From assembly GCA_973895155.1 (NCBI GenBank), contig OZ316897.1, positions 17,952,457-18,016,456 of the forward strand: a stretch of 64,000 nt of DNA. The letters run 5' to 3'. The stretch is from Marsupella aquatica. Its lineage: Eukaryota > Plantae > Marchantiophyta. Positions 12,811 to 26,197 of this stretch are shown one piece after another. Made by a program: the position numbers and the translations under genes. The notes under the pieces were generated by a model. The model did not search any database, was not told the DNA's origin, and saw only the letters and a program-made list of their open reading frames with translations. Position 1 is the first letter of the stretch, and every line of letters starts with the position of its first letter.

Positions 12811-15800
12811 AATGGTTGATTTGTGCTGATGCAAGACAACCCAGCACGTACGACAAACCTACCCTTCCATTTGGTGGCGAATTAAACTTGTCGGTGTCCT
12901 CGGTGCTACGGGTTCTGATTGACCTCTACGCCAGTCAGTAATGTAGGTCTCATGTTGACTCCAGGTCTCATTTCAATGTGTCCTGATCAAACCTGCGAAT
13001 GATTCAACATGTCGGTGGGTGTGTTGGTTCCAAACGTGAGGAATACTCACCGGGAAACATCTCTTAAGAATATGAATATGTTGGTGGTCTGCAGTACTCG
13101 AATAACAGAGCTACAGTCGCTTAACAAGGCGGGCAGAGTCGAGTCTCAGTCGAGTACACGCAAAACGGTCTTACTCTTGCAATACCAAATTCATCGTGCA
13201 TCTTCTCCCCTCAACTCATTCAAATTAGATAAAAACGTGTACTAAGTTAACGCATATGCAATGTGTAAGGCGTCGATTTCATCTCCACTCTTCCTCGCAC
13301 TCCTCTCAAGATTTGCATTAAGGGAGAGGAACCATTCTCGTCAATTTAATTTCAGCTATATACGACAATGCAATCATTGCTATTACTGCAAATAAGTATG
13401 AAAGAACAGTTCCATGATTGGAAGCATATTTCATGTCCAGGTTCGCAATTGACCCACCAAAAGCGTCATGAAATAATGCTTGCATGGAAGAGGAGTGCAC
13501 TCCCTTATGATAGGTGCAAGACCGATCATTGCTCAGTCACGGTATCAGAAAACTGAGGTACAAAACTGATTGCAGAAGTGTGTCAACCAGCTCTGACCTA
13601 CTCCACCCAAATCAGCCTACAGTACTCTCCCTGACCAATTCTTCCGAAACGTTCATGGTTTATCGTCATTGTACCGAAAGATGTACAAGGTCGTATCATA
13701 TACTGTAAGCGGGACTGTAGGTATACAGAATTTACTTTTTGCACGGTCATTGCAATGAGATGAACTGAATGTGCTCAAAATGGTTTGTTGACCACGGTCT
13801 TGGCATCAGAACTCAGTTTGCACTATCACCGGGGGTACATTTGGTTTCGCCTGTGTGACGTGTCACAGTCATATCGCATGTGGTTGGCTCTCAGATTTTG
13901 AACAAAGAATTAATGCTCACAGTTTGAACAAAAGCTTGAGCCAGCAAGCGAGGCTAAATGGAGTTACTTTCCTTTCCCAAACCAACTCCTTGCTAAGAAC
14001 AGGTTCATAATTTTGTGTGCCAAAAATTGAGATCGAATGCTATGATTAAAGCTTGCTTCTACGGCAACTACCCATAGATTAGTGTCAACTAGTGGACTGT
14101 AGTTCAAATGGCTCTGTTTTCCTTATGTATTTGGAACTCAAATCAGGTCCAGTATTAGAACAATAGTACATATCTCCCAGATCCACTCCTGCATTTCAGT
14201 ACGAAAGTGCAGACATGCCCTGCCACTTCCCGTGCCCCCAACGATTTCTTGAGACACCTGGCAAGGCAGCGCTCGGCAATCGGATTTGACTGAATTGGAA
14301 GAATCGAGCGGAAATGGAGGCAGTCATGTAATCACGAAGCAAACTAGAGAACGGTAGCAGTCAAAGTATGGACCGAAGAATATGGGAACGAACATAACTG
14401 AGGAAGGCAGTAACATTAGGAACCCATGAAACGAAGGAACCAAGTAACTTATGTTAGTAAATCTTTGTAGGGGAGGTGGGTGCTACCAGTACCTGAAGAG
14501 AGCAGAACCTATCGAGACAAGTCATCTTTTTCTGACCCTGCTCCCTATCCCTGTTTTATACTTGCACCCTTAACGTCAGTTACACCTCCGAATCAGGGTC
14601 TAGACGCTTAACTCTAGACAGTAACCCCTTAAGAGTAGCTTTTGATGGCGATTATACCTTTAGATTGTATCCGTCAAATGGTCACGATTTCCACTTTATT
14701 CTTTCACTTCCTTGTGGTGAAACAGAGCGGGTGGGAAAGAAAGCCGAGCCTTCACGTTCCGTCTCAGATTAAGATTGTCACATTCCAGAGGTACCAATCT
14801 CTTGTTATCAAGACAATTGAAAGCAGTATGTCTTGGCTTTCGGAGAAGTGGCTGGAATTAGCCTATAATGGTATCCTATGTATAATTTTTTCCTCCCCTT
14901 GTAGACTTTCTGATAGAACTCTGTTCTGATACGACGCTTAAGGGGTTTCCTCTCCTTTTTTATTGAGTTCAATATAAAGGTTCTATGGAGAGAAGTGTTA
15001 TGGCGCTGGATCTGGATCCACAGAGCACAATTGCTTTCAATTTGTTTGTTGTGCAGACTGCATGATGCAAACAGTAGGCCTCAATGGGTTGATTTCCGGT
15101 CCGAAGAGAGCTTCTCAACTGTCCATCCTCTTGAACTCCCAGTCAAGCAAGCGACATTTGATGAATGAAGGCTTACCCGGGATACGGTTATGATGACCCA
15201 GCCCTTCTAGATCATCGTCAATCTCACAACGGCTTGGGCCAAATATACTCAAATCCAACTGATAATGATCGTCACTCTGGACGTGTCTACGCACTCCAAA
15301 TTCGTTCGTAGATAGGGATTTCGATGTTAAGAAGGAGGACCTGTAGTCCGATCGATATGCAAAACCTGGGAATCGCAAGGAGACTTTGAATGGAGGATAG
15401 TAAAAGTGTTTGGTCTGCCACTAATTTGTGATGGAATTTGGTCTGCCACATTTCTAGACCGGTCTTCCATTCCAATTCCATTCCAAATCTAAATGAGACG
15501 TGCCAAATTGACCTGCAGCTGAAACTGCTACAAGCGTACTCGAGTGAGGGAAATTGACAGTTTTATGGCGCAATAGTCTACACTTTTACTTGAAGTGTAG
15601 TCAGGGTTTGACATCCAGAGAATGCATAATTATACAAATCGGTAGGGGTGTACATTCTTGTGTGACCTCTGAGATTGGCTTATTCAAACAAACGTTTGAT
15701 TCTATCAAGATTTAGTGAAGGATTCTTGGGTGAGAGCCCTCGCCCTGCATGTAGAGAATTATATCATAAGGTGGAAAGAATTGGCTCTCAAATACAAAGA

Positions 15801-16950
15801 AAACAAATACATGTGGATACTCACACACATACGCTGCTGACGGTGCCATATTGTATATTCTAGCCTTATTCCTGAAATCTATCACGAACAAACACCAATT
15901 GCACCGCAGGCAAATCCCCCCGCAAATCCCAAAGCCGAGGCTGTATGTTATCTAGTGCAATAAAATTATTTTGTGGACCCCTGTTTTCATGTTTGTGAGT
16001 AAACTAATTTCCCACAAAGTTCACTGGAGCTCATTTGTCAAGCCTGCCTGAAGTACTACCCTTGTCTCACCACTGATGTACATTGGGCAGAGCCCTTTGT
16101 ATACGTAGGCCTCAGTGTCACCTTGGTATCATCTGGTGGCACTTCAAGCCAAATGTTTTCAACTACCAGTGAGATGAGGTCGGAGTCAAGCTCATGAATT
16201 GGCAAGAGCTTGGTCTGAAAATAATGACGTCCATCATATCTTTGTACTGTAACATATTGTAACCCTAACCGTCCACCCAGCCACCCTTCTTTGTTATTCA
16301 GTGCCTTAATTTTTATTTTTTAAATTATTGTTTTGGGGTCTAACCGTTTTTGCTGGGTGGCAAAGAACTCAAACTACCATGTTGTTTGTAGTTGCAAACA
16401 TTGGCTTTCGTGTTTGTGGCGGAAAATGCTGATGTGGTGCAACCATAGACCAGGAATGCAATAGACTTGTCATGGGGGACTTTAGCAATACCTATGACAA
16501 TCATCAAGCTAGTTCAGTGCACACCTTCGTTCAGAATTTTAAGAATTTGAGCTCCATGACAGGACACATTCTTCCATCCTTGAGCACTGATTTCAAGTTA
16601 CTCTTGACAAATATTGATTTGACATCCTCCTGCAATTGTTGGCAAGGTACTCCGATGTGCACCTCAGTCCGGCCCTTCACTCTCATATCTGGACAATGAT
16701 GAGCAAACGCAAATACCAGAATAGTAAATATTGAGGTAAAATTTTTAATGTTGGACGGAGAAGCATTAGCAGCCAAGCTGGAAAAACCTTTACACACTGT
16801 ACACTTTCAATATTTAACCATTCGGCCGTCAAAGCCTGCACTGTTGTAAGTTTATACAAGTGGTTGTGAACACGTAATTTCTGTAAGGAATGCACCTTAC
16901 CTGTCCCTAACCATTTTTGGAATTCGGAAGTACCTGTTATTCTCGTAATC

Positions 16951-17095
16951 TCTTGCCTGAAAATCTCTTGCCTGAAAATATCCTTTTTTTGAACAGCAAT
17001 TACTTATTATAATGGAAGTCTGGGCTTCCATCATTTCTTGCCTGAAAATTAATTCTTTTCGAACAGCAATTACCTATTATAATGGGCGTCTGGGC
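16951..17095 (+). repeat. Short tandem duplications (~70-bp unit)
   Basis: tcttgcctgaaaat...gaacagcaattac(t/c)tattataatgg...gtctgggc repeated. Confidence 0.75.
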
Positions 17096-18969
17096 ATTAG
17101 TTTTACCCTGAACCTTGTTCTAAGAGCTCATAAAAGTTTCCCTGCCTCGCTCGTCAGGTATTGTTCAATTTCTTGTCACACGGTTAGAGGCTAGTAACCC
17201 ACAGGCTAGTAACCCACAACCCATACCTGCAGCCATCATGGTATACATACGTTCTTAATAATAATGATCCTCAAGATACCACACTTGTGGAAGGATTAAT
17301 GTGCGTATGGGGGTTGGCATGGAAAAAGCAGCACTCCAAAACATATCAGAAGTATGAGACGAACAAAAGGCTGAAATGTGAACCCTCCAAAGGGAATGGT
17401 GGCCTTCTAGACTCTTTCGACGGAGGCTGAGCTTCAGGAGCGGGCAAACGAAAGTCTTGTCCATGCTGAGCATAGGAAGTCCTGGCATAAACAGCGCATT
17501 CATCAATTGATTTTATTACCGCCCTCGAAGCAAGAGACGGACAGCAGCATTGGAAAAGCTTGCACTCTTCCAGGGGAGTGGCAATGCTTGAATTGCGAGG
17601 AGCTGAGTGTTTTTTGTTTGGAAAGACACACACTAGTAATCGAAGTCCATGGTGTGTAGGGAGAAGGCAGAGCAGGAGGCGAGTGACCAAGAGTTGCAAA
17701 GACTTGGGCAACTCTCAGCTCACCCAACTCTTGCAGTTCTCGCACGCCCAACGCTTCGCATGCAGAGCAGAACACAGCGCAGGAGAAGACTAGTGACCAC
17801 TTCGAATTGCAAGTTGGGCGTGCACCAGTTTCCTCGTACCCTGCCTTGTAAGCCTGGGACCTTCAACGAACACATCTTTGCAATTAGTTTTAAGTATGCT
17901 GCTCAGCCTCCCCACAAAAAAGTATAGAGTTACAATCCGACGACAGAATCTGAAAATCATTCCAATGTCAGGACAACCTGTAGATGATGGCTCGCTTGTT
18001 GAGCAGCGTTAATCTGTAAACGATGGCTCTCCTGTTGAGTAGTGACACATTAAAATAAGAACATTACCTTCGAACTGCCACAAGAAAAGGATCAGGAGCC
18101 TGAACAGGGAACAGATTCAGATGTACCTGAAGACGGTATAAAGTTAACATAATACGTACACACGGGACCCAGCACAAAAGGAGCTCTCCACTCCACACCT
18201 CTCGCACAGCAATCAGCCCTCTCGCACTCGATTGACGGACTCCCATTGCTCGACTTCGTCCTCTCTCCCTACTACGCCTCGGTCTTCTCAGCTAGGCGTC
18301 GCCCCTGGCCGTCTTTGACTGCTCGCACACTCCTCTGGCTACACGTCTCTCCCTGCCTTTAACACCTCGACCAAACGTTCACGAACCAACCTGAACAGCT
18401 CCCCCAATGGAATTTGCATGTTCTTCTGCAGCGAGGTTTCCTGTCGTTATGACGAATGCAATTCAAGGCAAATCCGGTCGAATTGGGTCTTCAGCAGCTT
18501 GCGTTCGTCCTGTGTTCTCCCGGAGCAGAAGACGACAGTGACTCGTTCTGCGAGACTTCCTAGGTTTTGAGAAACTTCTCACGCAGGATCACGATGTTGC
18601 GGGAAGTTTACGCGGAGGCATCTCCAAATTGGGAATTCCCTTCTGCCTTTTCTGTAGCAAACGCGAACGCCCTCGAGCTCGGTATAAACTTGCGAAGCTA
18701 CAAAGTGATCGAACGTACATATTGTGTAGACAAGTGAGTGATGGCGGTGATCGAAGCCAGTGAGTAGCCTCTCGGAAGTCTCACAATCAGTGCGGTTCGA
18801 TTCTGAGACAATCTGAGAACGGCCAGGGTTGTACACCATAGATTTTTGTGATAGATGGGACTCCAGTGACAGGCCGATCACGAATTACAATTTGCATTGG
18901 TAGGTGAAGATAAATTGCTAAATCCAAAGAGGGCACGAGACATCCTACACAGACGTGGGCAACTTTGCC

Positions 18970-20025
18970 ATGGCGCCCTCCACCTCACTCCAATCCAGCT
19001 ATCCCTGGACAACAACGCCCGTTATTGCCAATGCGCCAATGGGCGGCTTCGCCAATTCCGCTCTGGCCATCGCAGTCTCGCAAGCTAAAGGATTGGGTTT
19101 CGTTGGCTCGGTCTTCGACATGGTTGCCCTCGCTACTGAACTCGGAAAGGCATCAAAGGCTCTCCTCGGCACAGAAGTCCCGGAAGGTAAGAACATCCTC
19201 CCAGTCGGCGTAGGCTTCCTACCTTTCGCCTCTCCTCTCGAAGAAGCCGTAGCAGTGATTTCGAAGTTCAGACCAGCGGCTGTGTGGCTGTTCGCTGCGC
19301 ACGAGCTCGAGGACTTCGCTACATGGGCGCAGCGGATGCGAGAAGTGCACCCAATGGCAAAGATCTGGATCCAGATTGGCAGTGTAGCCGGTGCGCTGAG
19401 GGTGGCTGAACTTGTTCGACCAGACGTGCTTGTCATCCAAGGTCTGGACGCTGGCGGCCATGGTTGGGAGAAGGGTGCAAGCGTTATTTCTCTCCTGCCT
19501 GAAGCTGTGGATGTCCTAGCGGAGAATGGATTTGGACACATTCCCCTTGTAGCCGCTGGAGGTATAGTCGACGGAAGAGGTGTGGCTGCTGCGCTTGCCT
19601 TGGGTGCGGACGGTGTGGTGATGGGGACCCGATTTCTGAGTGCGTCGGAGACTACAGTCCCTCATCCGGGATACAAAGAGGCGGTGTTGGCTACGACTGA
19701 TGGCGGTCAGAACACTGTTCGAGCGAAGTTGTTCGACGAGCTGAAAGGACCGAATATATGGCCTGCACTCTTTGACGGTAGAGGAATTGTGTCAGAGAGC
19801 TACACGGATCACGTGCAGGGTTTGGATATTATTGAAATCAGAAGGCGGCATGCTGAAGCTGCAAAGGGTGCGGACGCTGGGTTCGGGCCTCAGCATATGA
19901 GAACGACTGTTTGGGCAGGTACAGGAGTAGGACTTGTGAAGGAGATTCAGGGAGCGAAGGAGATAGTGGAAGAGGTACGAGAGGGTACGCGTGCGGCGAT
20001 GGAGAGAACTAAGGCACATCTCTAG
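18970..20025 (+). CDS. Nitronate monooxygenase / 2-nitropropane dioxygenase family FMN enzyme (fungal-like), intronless, 351 aa
   Basis: ATG at 18970. Motifs PVIANAPMGGFA, KIWIQIGSV, QGLDAGGHG (catalytic His motif), PLVAAGGIVDGRG, GADGVVMGTRF and VWAGTGVGLV. Confidence 0.93.
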   Translation: MAPSTSLQSSYPWTTTPVIANAPMGGFANSALAIAVSQAKGLGFVGSVFDMVALATELGKASKALLGTEVPEGKNILPVGVGFLPFASPLEEAVAVISKFRPAAVWLFAAHELEDFATWAQRMREVHPMAKIWIQIGSVAGALRVAELVRPDVLVIQGLDAGGHGWEKGASVISLLPEAVDVLAENGFGHIPLVAAGGIVDGRGVAAALALGADGVVMGTRFLSASETTVPHPGYKEAVLATTDGGQNTVRAKLFDELKGPNIWPALFDGRGIVSESYTDHVQGLDIIEIRRRHAEAAKGADAGFGPQHMRTTVWAGTGVGLVKEIQGAKEIVEEVREGTRAAMERTKAHL

Positions 20026-23000
20026 TATCCGGGCTAGTATCGGGAAAACATTAGACCGATCTCCTGCAGTTTGGAGCACATGTGCTTTGAGTTCGCACTG
20101 ATTGCAATCCCCTTTGCTGGACGGAGGAACTTGTTAACGGGGAGCGAGCCCAACACAAATAGACACAGCTGCCAAAAAGAGTAACCCTGCCATAAAGCAA
20201 TACCCTGGCATTCGAATGTGAGTTCTGCTCTCACGGTCTACCATCGTCGTGTGGACCTGCATCGAGAACGACCCTTGTTTCCTTTTTTCCGTTCAGCTGC
20301 AAATTGAGGCGCAGCTTTAGCCGAAAGAGCCTAAAAGGATTAAGAGTGAAATGTGAAGATCTGAGCACTTTGTAGAAACCAGATGAGTGGTGGGGAGCAA
20401 GGAGAGTGCTCCGGCAAAGAATCCAGGGTAAAAGCCACTACGGATTAGAGCCTCTCAGATTGCATCAGAAATCTGTAGTACAGTACTGTTACTTCAAATC
20501 AGACAAACAGGACACTGTGTAACGAATTTGGTGCCCAAATATAGGGACCTGAATTTGTTACAGCTGTTCACAATGATCGCACCTGCTCGCTCCCAGGCTG
20601 CGCCGTTTGGTTCGGAGTAGACAATTTAGCAGCAACTTAGGTTCTTAAAACCTTGCCAACGTTTTAACTGATACTCGTGGACATCTCTCCTGGCGAATTG
20701 GGTGATGGGTAAAGTCTAATTTGATTCCCAGTGAAAGTTGACACAGACAATCGCTTTGTTCGCTGACTTTCAAATTGGATACTTATGGAACGCAAAACGA
20801 TCCGGCTACAGTAGTAATTCTGGTACATTCTTGCCTTTACAGCCTGAATATAGATCACTGTTATGAATGGTACGAAGTTACTTGGAGTCCATGGTCTCAA
20901 AGTGTGGGGGAAGATAGTTTTGCACTCAAATGTATGAAAAAAGCAAGATACGAATTTCACTTTTAGTTGGTCGATCGCAATTACCTGTCTGGTGGGCAAT
21001 CGATGGTCAGAATTCTTACCCGGCCTCTAAGGTTAGAAACACCTGCAATTCCGCTGATCGGTTCTGTTTCGGACTTTGGATAGCTCGAAAGAAGTCAGGC
21101 AAGATTATTGGGTAGAGAGTAGAGACCATAAGCTTGCTGCTTTTCCGGACACAGAACAAGATGTCATAATTCTTTGTAGTCGCACGCTACGAATAGAAAG
21201 ATGATTTAGTATAATCCGGACGGGAAGTCCCAGTTCAGCCGATGAGCGAATATTAAAACAAAACCTAGAATTGAGAAGGTCTCTGAGTTTCGGTTCAACT
21301 ACGACAAAAGCCCAAAGCTTCCGAAAGCACAAATTGGCGCTTCCGGTGCCTCCAGTCGCTGACGCAATCCCTGATTCTCTGATCGAAATTCTTACTGAAC
21401 CTTTTAGCTACTGAATGTATTGGAAGCTTAGAAATTTAACTTGTGAAAATGGTCACCGTTGCCCAGATGACCTTCGAAAACTTCGCCTGCTGTTTGGTAT
21501 CATGGGCTTCCTCCATGAAATTCGCTCGTAAATTCGTGACCGGGCAAAACATGAGGACTACCTGTAACGTCTCGATGTATTGATCGCACCCAATAACCTT
21601 CTTAAAAATCTCAGCAAAATTGAAGTTGCCGCAATGCAGTGGACATAAATCTAGTAGGTGCAGATAATCATAATCTAGCGGTTATTCAGTTACAGAGCTA
21701 ATTCAATCCAACTGAAATGAACAAACCCAGCTAGTCTCGAGATAGAAATAATATGTAGCGATCTGATCATTTAGGAACATTTCGCCGCCAGTAAGATGCT
21801 CTATCCCGTCTACGGGAGCTGGAAATTTTCGTGACACCTCCGTTCAATTAAAGGCTCATCCATTAGGGCTACGTTTCCAGGTCGAGAAAACTCGCTTTCA
21901 CTTCGACTTACTCGCATTGCTGTCAGGATCCATGCATTTAGGCAAGGTACGAAGGATTGCCAGGGTTCATGAATGTAGGCAAGGTACGAAGGATGAGGAG
22001 AGAAAGGACCACGTGAGTTGAATTTCGATGAATTGCCCGAGAGATTTATAGAAAGTTCTACCGCTTTGATTTACACTCTCTTAACGCTGTACTGCAGTAC
22101 TGAGAACGCGAGGGCCAAAAATTGGATATCGTACAGAGTCGTCGTGGTCCTGATGAGATAGGCAGCGACTTCAGGACTGGTAGAGACTGCTTGAGATATT
22201 CAGGCTACATTGTAAGAACAGGGCTCTGAGTTGGTTGTGAATGAAAGAGTATTGATCAATTTCGGAGACCTAGGTGAGAAAGGGCAGGAAATCCGGAAGT
22301 GGAAGGAAGCCCAATACAGAGTATATCAGCAGTGAAAGCAATATCACACACGCAAACACCTACTGTAGCTTTGGTGATTAAGTCTCGTATCGTGAGAAAA
22401 CGGGAGACCCACAGTTCTCGTCACCCAAACGAGGACAGTCCCGATTTTTTCGAAAGAGAAGACAGACAGATAGTCAGAATAATCGTACAAAATTGAGCAT
22501 TTGTACTCTTCGTCAAATTAATGAGGGTTTCATTTTGCCTCGACAACTCGAACGAAACAGAATAAAAGCTGTAGCTCAACCTATAAGCAAACGGCGAGAC
22601 GGAGCATTCCATTAGAGTGCACAGAACCCCCGAAACCAGCAAGAGAGGGAGAGAGAGAGAGCGCACGCAGGTAATAAACCTTTTCAAAATTAAGTTAAAG
22701 AGACGATAAAAAACGACATAGAACACTATCCACCAAAATAACAGTTTCCTCCATTCCGATATTACCCTCGAGCGCCTCAAGGAGACTACACTGCAATATC
22801 TCGCTCTTACCCTTGCCAAAACCAAACAATCTGGAGCTACATATCAAATTAGGTCCCAGTACGATACTCTCGTTGAACCAAAGGTGAAACCAGAAGCCAC
22901 TGGGCTCATCAACCTGAGAGCGTGAAACCGGAATAGAAACACAGGAGACGGGAGCAGCGAACGAGGATCTCGCTCATACTTCAATTCCCAAATCGATCAA

Positions 23001-23063
23001 ATTGAAAATCCAATTAAGGTCACACTCGGCAAACGCACTCAGGGTGAAGAGCAAAATCAAAAA

Positions 23064-23367
23064 CTATAGACTGTCAAACATAGTTCGATCCAAAGAGACA
23101 AACAAGAGCAAGCCGAATCCAAAGCTCTAGAGAGTCAAAAGAGTTCGATCCAAAGAGACAGACAAGGGCAAGGCGAGTAAATCAAAGGCTCTAGAGAGTC
23201 AAAAGAGTTCGACCTAAAGAGACACACAAGGGAAAGGCGAATCACACAAACGCTCTGGAGAGTCAAAAGAGTTCGATCTAAAGAGACACACAAGGGAAAG
23301 GCGAATCAAAAGCTCTAGAGAGTCAAAAGAGTTCGATTCAAAGAGGAAAAACAAGGGCAAAGCGAGA
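23064..23367 (+). repeat. Minisatellite, 5 copies of a 60-64-bp unit
   Basis: Core ctctagagagtcaaaagagttcgat(c)caaagagaca starts at 23064, 23125, 23189, 23253 and 23313. Confidence 0.9.
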
Positions 23368-23393
23368 GCAAAGGAGAGGAAGTGTAGACCGCC

Positions 23394-26197
23394 ATGGCAT
23401 TGAGGCAAAGAGATGCGCAGCAGCAGCGGCAGATGATCAGGGGAAGCGGATTGAAGACGCCGGAGATGCACGCCTCGTTCGAATGCGAGGCATTTGACGA
23501 CGGATCACAATACGCGGAGTGTGTGCACAAGGAGGCCGCGAACTGGGCCTTGGCCAAGGGCTGCGCCGACGCACTGAGGGCGCCGGGCTCCTCACGCCCC
23601 CGGCACATCCCCAAGGAACCCTACTCCGCCTTTTCTGGCCCCCGCGGCGACGCCTCCCTCGACGGTGGGTTACTCTACTCACGAGCCTGACTGTCAATTT
23701 TTTTGGAATTGAATGACAATGAAGGATCATCTTGATATACCATACCATACATCATATTTTGGTCTCTGTGGACACATATTTGGTGGGGCACTAGTTATGG
23801 TGTAGACGTTTCACTTTAGAAGCCTAGACCCCAACTATGCTTTCTCTTTGCAAATTAGTAGTAAGATTCATGGAAAATAAAGGTCCAGTTTTCTAGAAAG
23901 AGTCAAACAAAGTACGGCCTAAAAGCAAAATTATGACAGAAAATTGCTCAATTTACTGAAATGGGCCAAAACAGAGGACAATGGAAACAAGTAAAAGAGG
24001 CTGAAAGAGGAGAAACACCAAACTCAGAAGAAGGCATAGCAAACCCTAAAAATCTAGAGATAATAAAAGAAATAATTTAAAATCTTATCTTTTCCTTTTG
24101 TTTTGATGGAGATAAGCAAAAGAGCCCGAGGGAGGAGAAACTCTGAAGTCAGAAAAAAGCAAATGCAAACCCCAAAAAATCTAGAAAAAATATAACTAAG
24201 AATTGAAACGCTTTTATCTTCCCTTTACCAACCATTGACTTTGGACTGATTTCAAGAAATTGTTTTCACCAATGAACAGATTGCCAGGAGACATGCACTC
24301 AAAGTGAGCTACCACCACAGATGTGCCGCATCAACGACCGTAACAATGGTGGCACTGTCCCAACAGAAATCAAAAGAATTAGGGAAGAAGGATTGCGGAA
24401 ATATAGCCCTTTGGATTACCAGATGTCCACCTTCTCCTATCCAGAAAATAATGTATTTCGAGCTTGGGGTAGAAAGTGGATCATCAAACGCTCTGAACGA
24501 TGTCCTCAGGCTGGAATGGCATTGTTTGCAGGTAATGTGTACTTTGATACCTCCCAAAGTCTCGTGCTCATCCAGCATTTGATGGCAACACAAGTCAGAC
24601 TACTTGTTTGAAGATACTAGTGGTAGTCTCATTTTTGCTGTCCTCTTAGAGTTTGTCCCATACCATACTGCATAGACAATACTATTTATAATTGGAAGAA
24701 AACTTCTTTACAATAACCTTATGCCAAAAGTAGCATTGTAGGGCAAGTGAACTTTGATAAGCATTTAGTAGATGGACAGACTAGTAACTTGAAAATTGAT
24801 TTCAAGGGTAAAACAGAAATCAGCAGAGGATTTTCAATCATATCACAACGACACTTATTTCATTTCTGAAGCATGTGTCATGTGGAAGTCAGATCAATAG
24901 TGTGTTTGAAAATCAGCATAACCGACCTTATCCTCACCTAAGAATCAAAATGTTTGAGTCTCGTTGACATTAATCTCTCCATGATGTTCATATGAACTCC
25001 AGGTGAGTTGATTTTTGTCAAAGTTACACCAGATGATAGACACACAGTGCCACTGTTTCCATACATTGGACCTATGTATAAAAAGAGTGACTATGAAGCC
25101 CTTGCAAATTATTATCCATATTTGAGGAGATATGCAGTGGATCCAAAGAATTGTGCTCACAAACTGGGTGAAAAACCCAAGCATCAGGATTCAGATGCTT
25201 GGGTTGTTGTTGGAACCCCTCATGAAGATTGCAACCTTGCAGGATATGTCAGCAGGTGATACAGAAATTCCTACCCACACAGCCCATGTCCTCATCCATA
25301 GTGGGCATTGATTTCTAGACATTCCAATCCACACTCTGTGTGTGTGATTTCCCAACTTTGACCATAACTCTATAGAGAAGGGATGTGTTTTGTGAATGAA
25401 TGAAAATGTATTAATACCACTTATCTGGAAGACATTTAGATACGTCAATCAACCAGTTTGTGGGGATCACCTTGGGGGCCTCAATCTAAAGGGGGTCGCA
25501 TATCACGCTCAATGTTTTAGTTATTAAACACCCTAAAAATAAGAAAAACAACTATTTTCCTAACCCTATCTTTTTAGAATATTCTAAAATATTCCCAAAT
25601 TTCATTTCTCAAACCCTATCCTTCTTATAATTCCCAAAATTGGATTTTAAAACCCTAATGTTCTTCTACACAAATTTTAAAATAGTCTTCTCAATCCAAT
25701 AAACAAACCCTATATTTACTTTTGCATTATGGGTAGAAAGGAAATAAGTGAGGACCTTGGGGGGATCATGGGTAGACTGGAAATGCACATAGTGAAATTG
25801 AGACTTTTGGACAGCCATCCTATGCCCAATAGATACACTTTGGGAGCTTGCAACTTCACATGATGAACTTCCATTTTGTAACCATGAAAGAGAAATGTCC
25901 TTAGTTAGTCTATCTCTAATAGTATAACTTTGACCTTGCCTGGATGGATGCAGGCTAGACAACACCAACTGCCAATGGGAAGCAAACTGTAGGTTTGAGG
26001 TAATAAACCGCCCAGCTAGAAAGGTGGATGACCCTTGGGCACCATACTCTAGGGATCATGACAGGAAAGCCTACCCCTTCTTGGACAAACTCAACAGTTG
26101 CCAGAACCCCAAGTTCATGAGCAAATATGTCATGACAGTTGCTAGGAGACCAATCCATGTTGGGGAGGAACTATTTGTTGATCATCCCATTTGTTGA
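23394..26197 (+). CDS. Stand-alone SET-domain protein, 4 exons (23394-23664, 24280-24531, 25003-25255, 25954-26197), 339 aa
   Basis: All three GT-AG junctions are phase-compatible (1020 nt, no internal stop). SET-like motifs: WIIKRSERCPQAGMALFA (motif I), LFPYIGP, CNLAGYVSR...EANCRF (equivalent of RFINHSCxPN) and VARRPIHVGEELFVDH* (equivalent of AxRDIxxGEELxxDY). Confidence 0.78.

Noticed and set aside
13540-14600. LTR element suggested by PBS-like ggtatcaga (13541) and PPT-like aggggaggtggg (14469)
   Set aside because: No pair of matching LTRs found on either side.
18999-19541. Antisense ORFs over the NMO, GDSL, ABCC and SbcC exons
   Set aside because: Shadow ORFs on the opposite strand of real genes, with no independent motifs.
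23064-23367. CRISPR-like array (conserved ~35-bp core with variable linkers)
   Set aside because: The linkers are homologous to each other, there are no cas genes and the context is eukaryotic, so it is a minisatellite.
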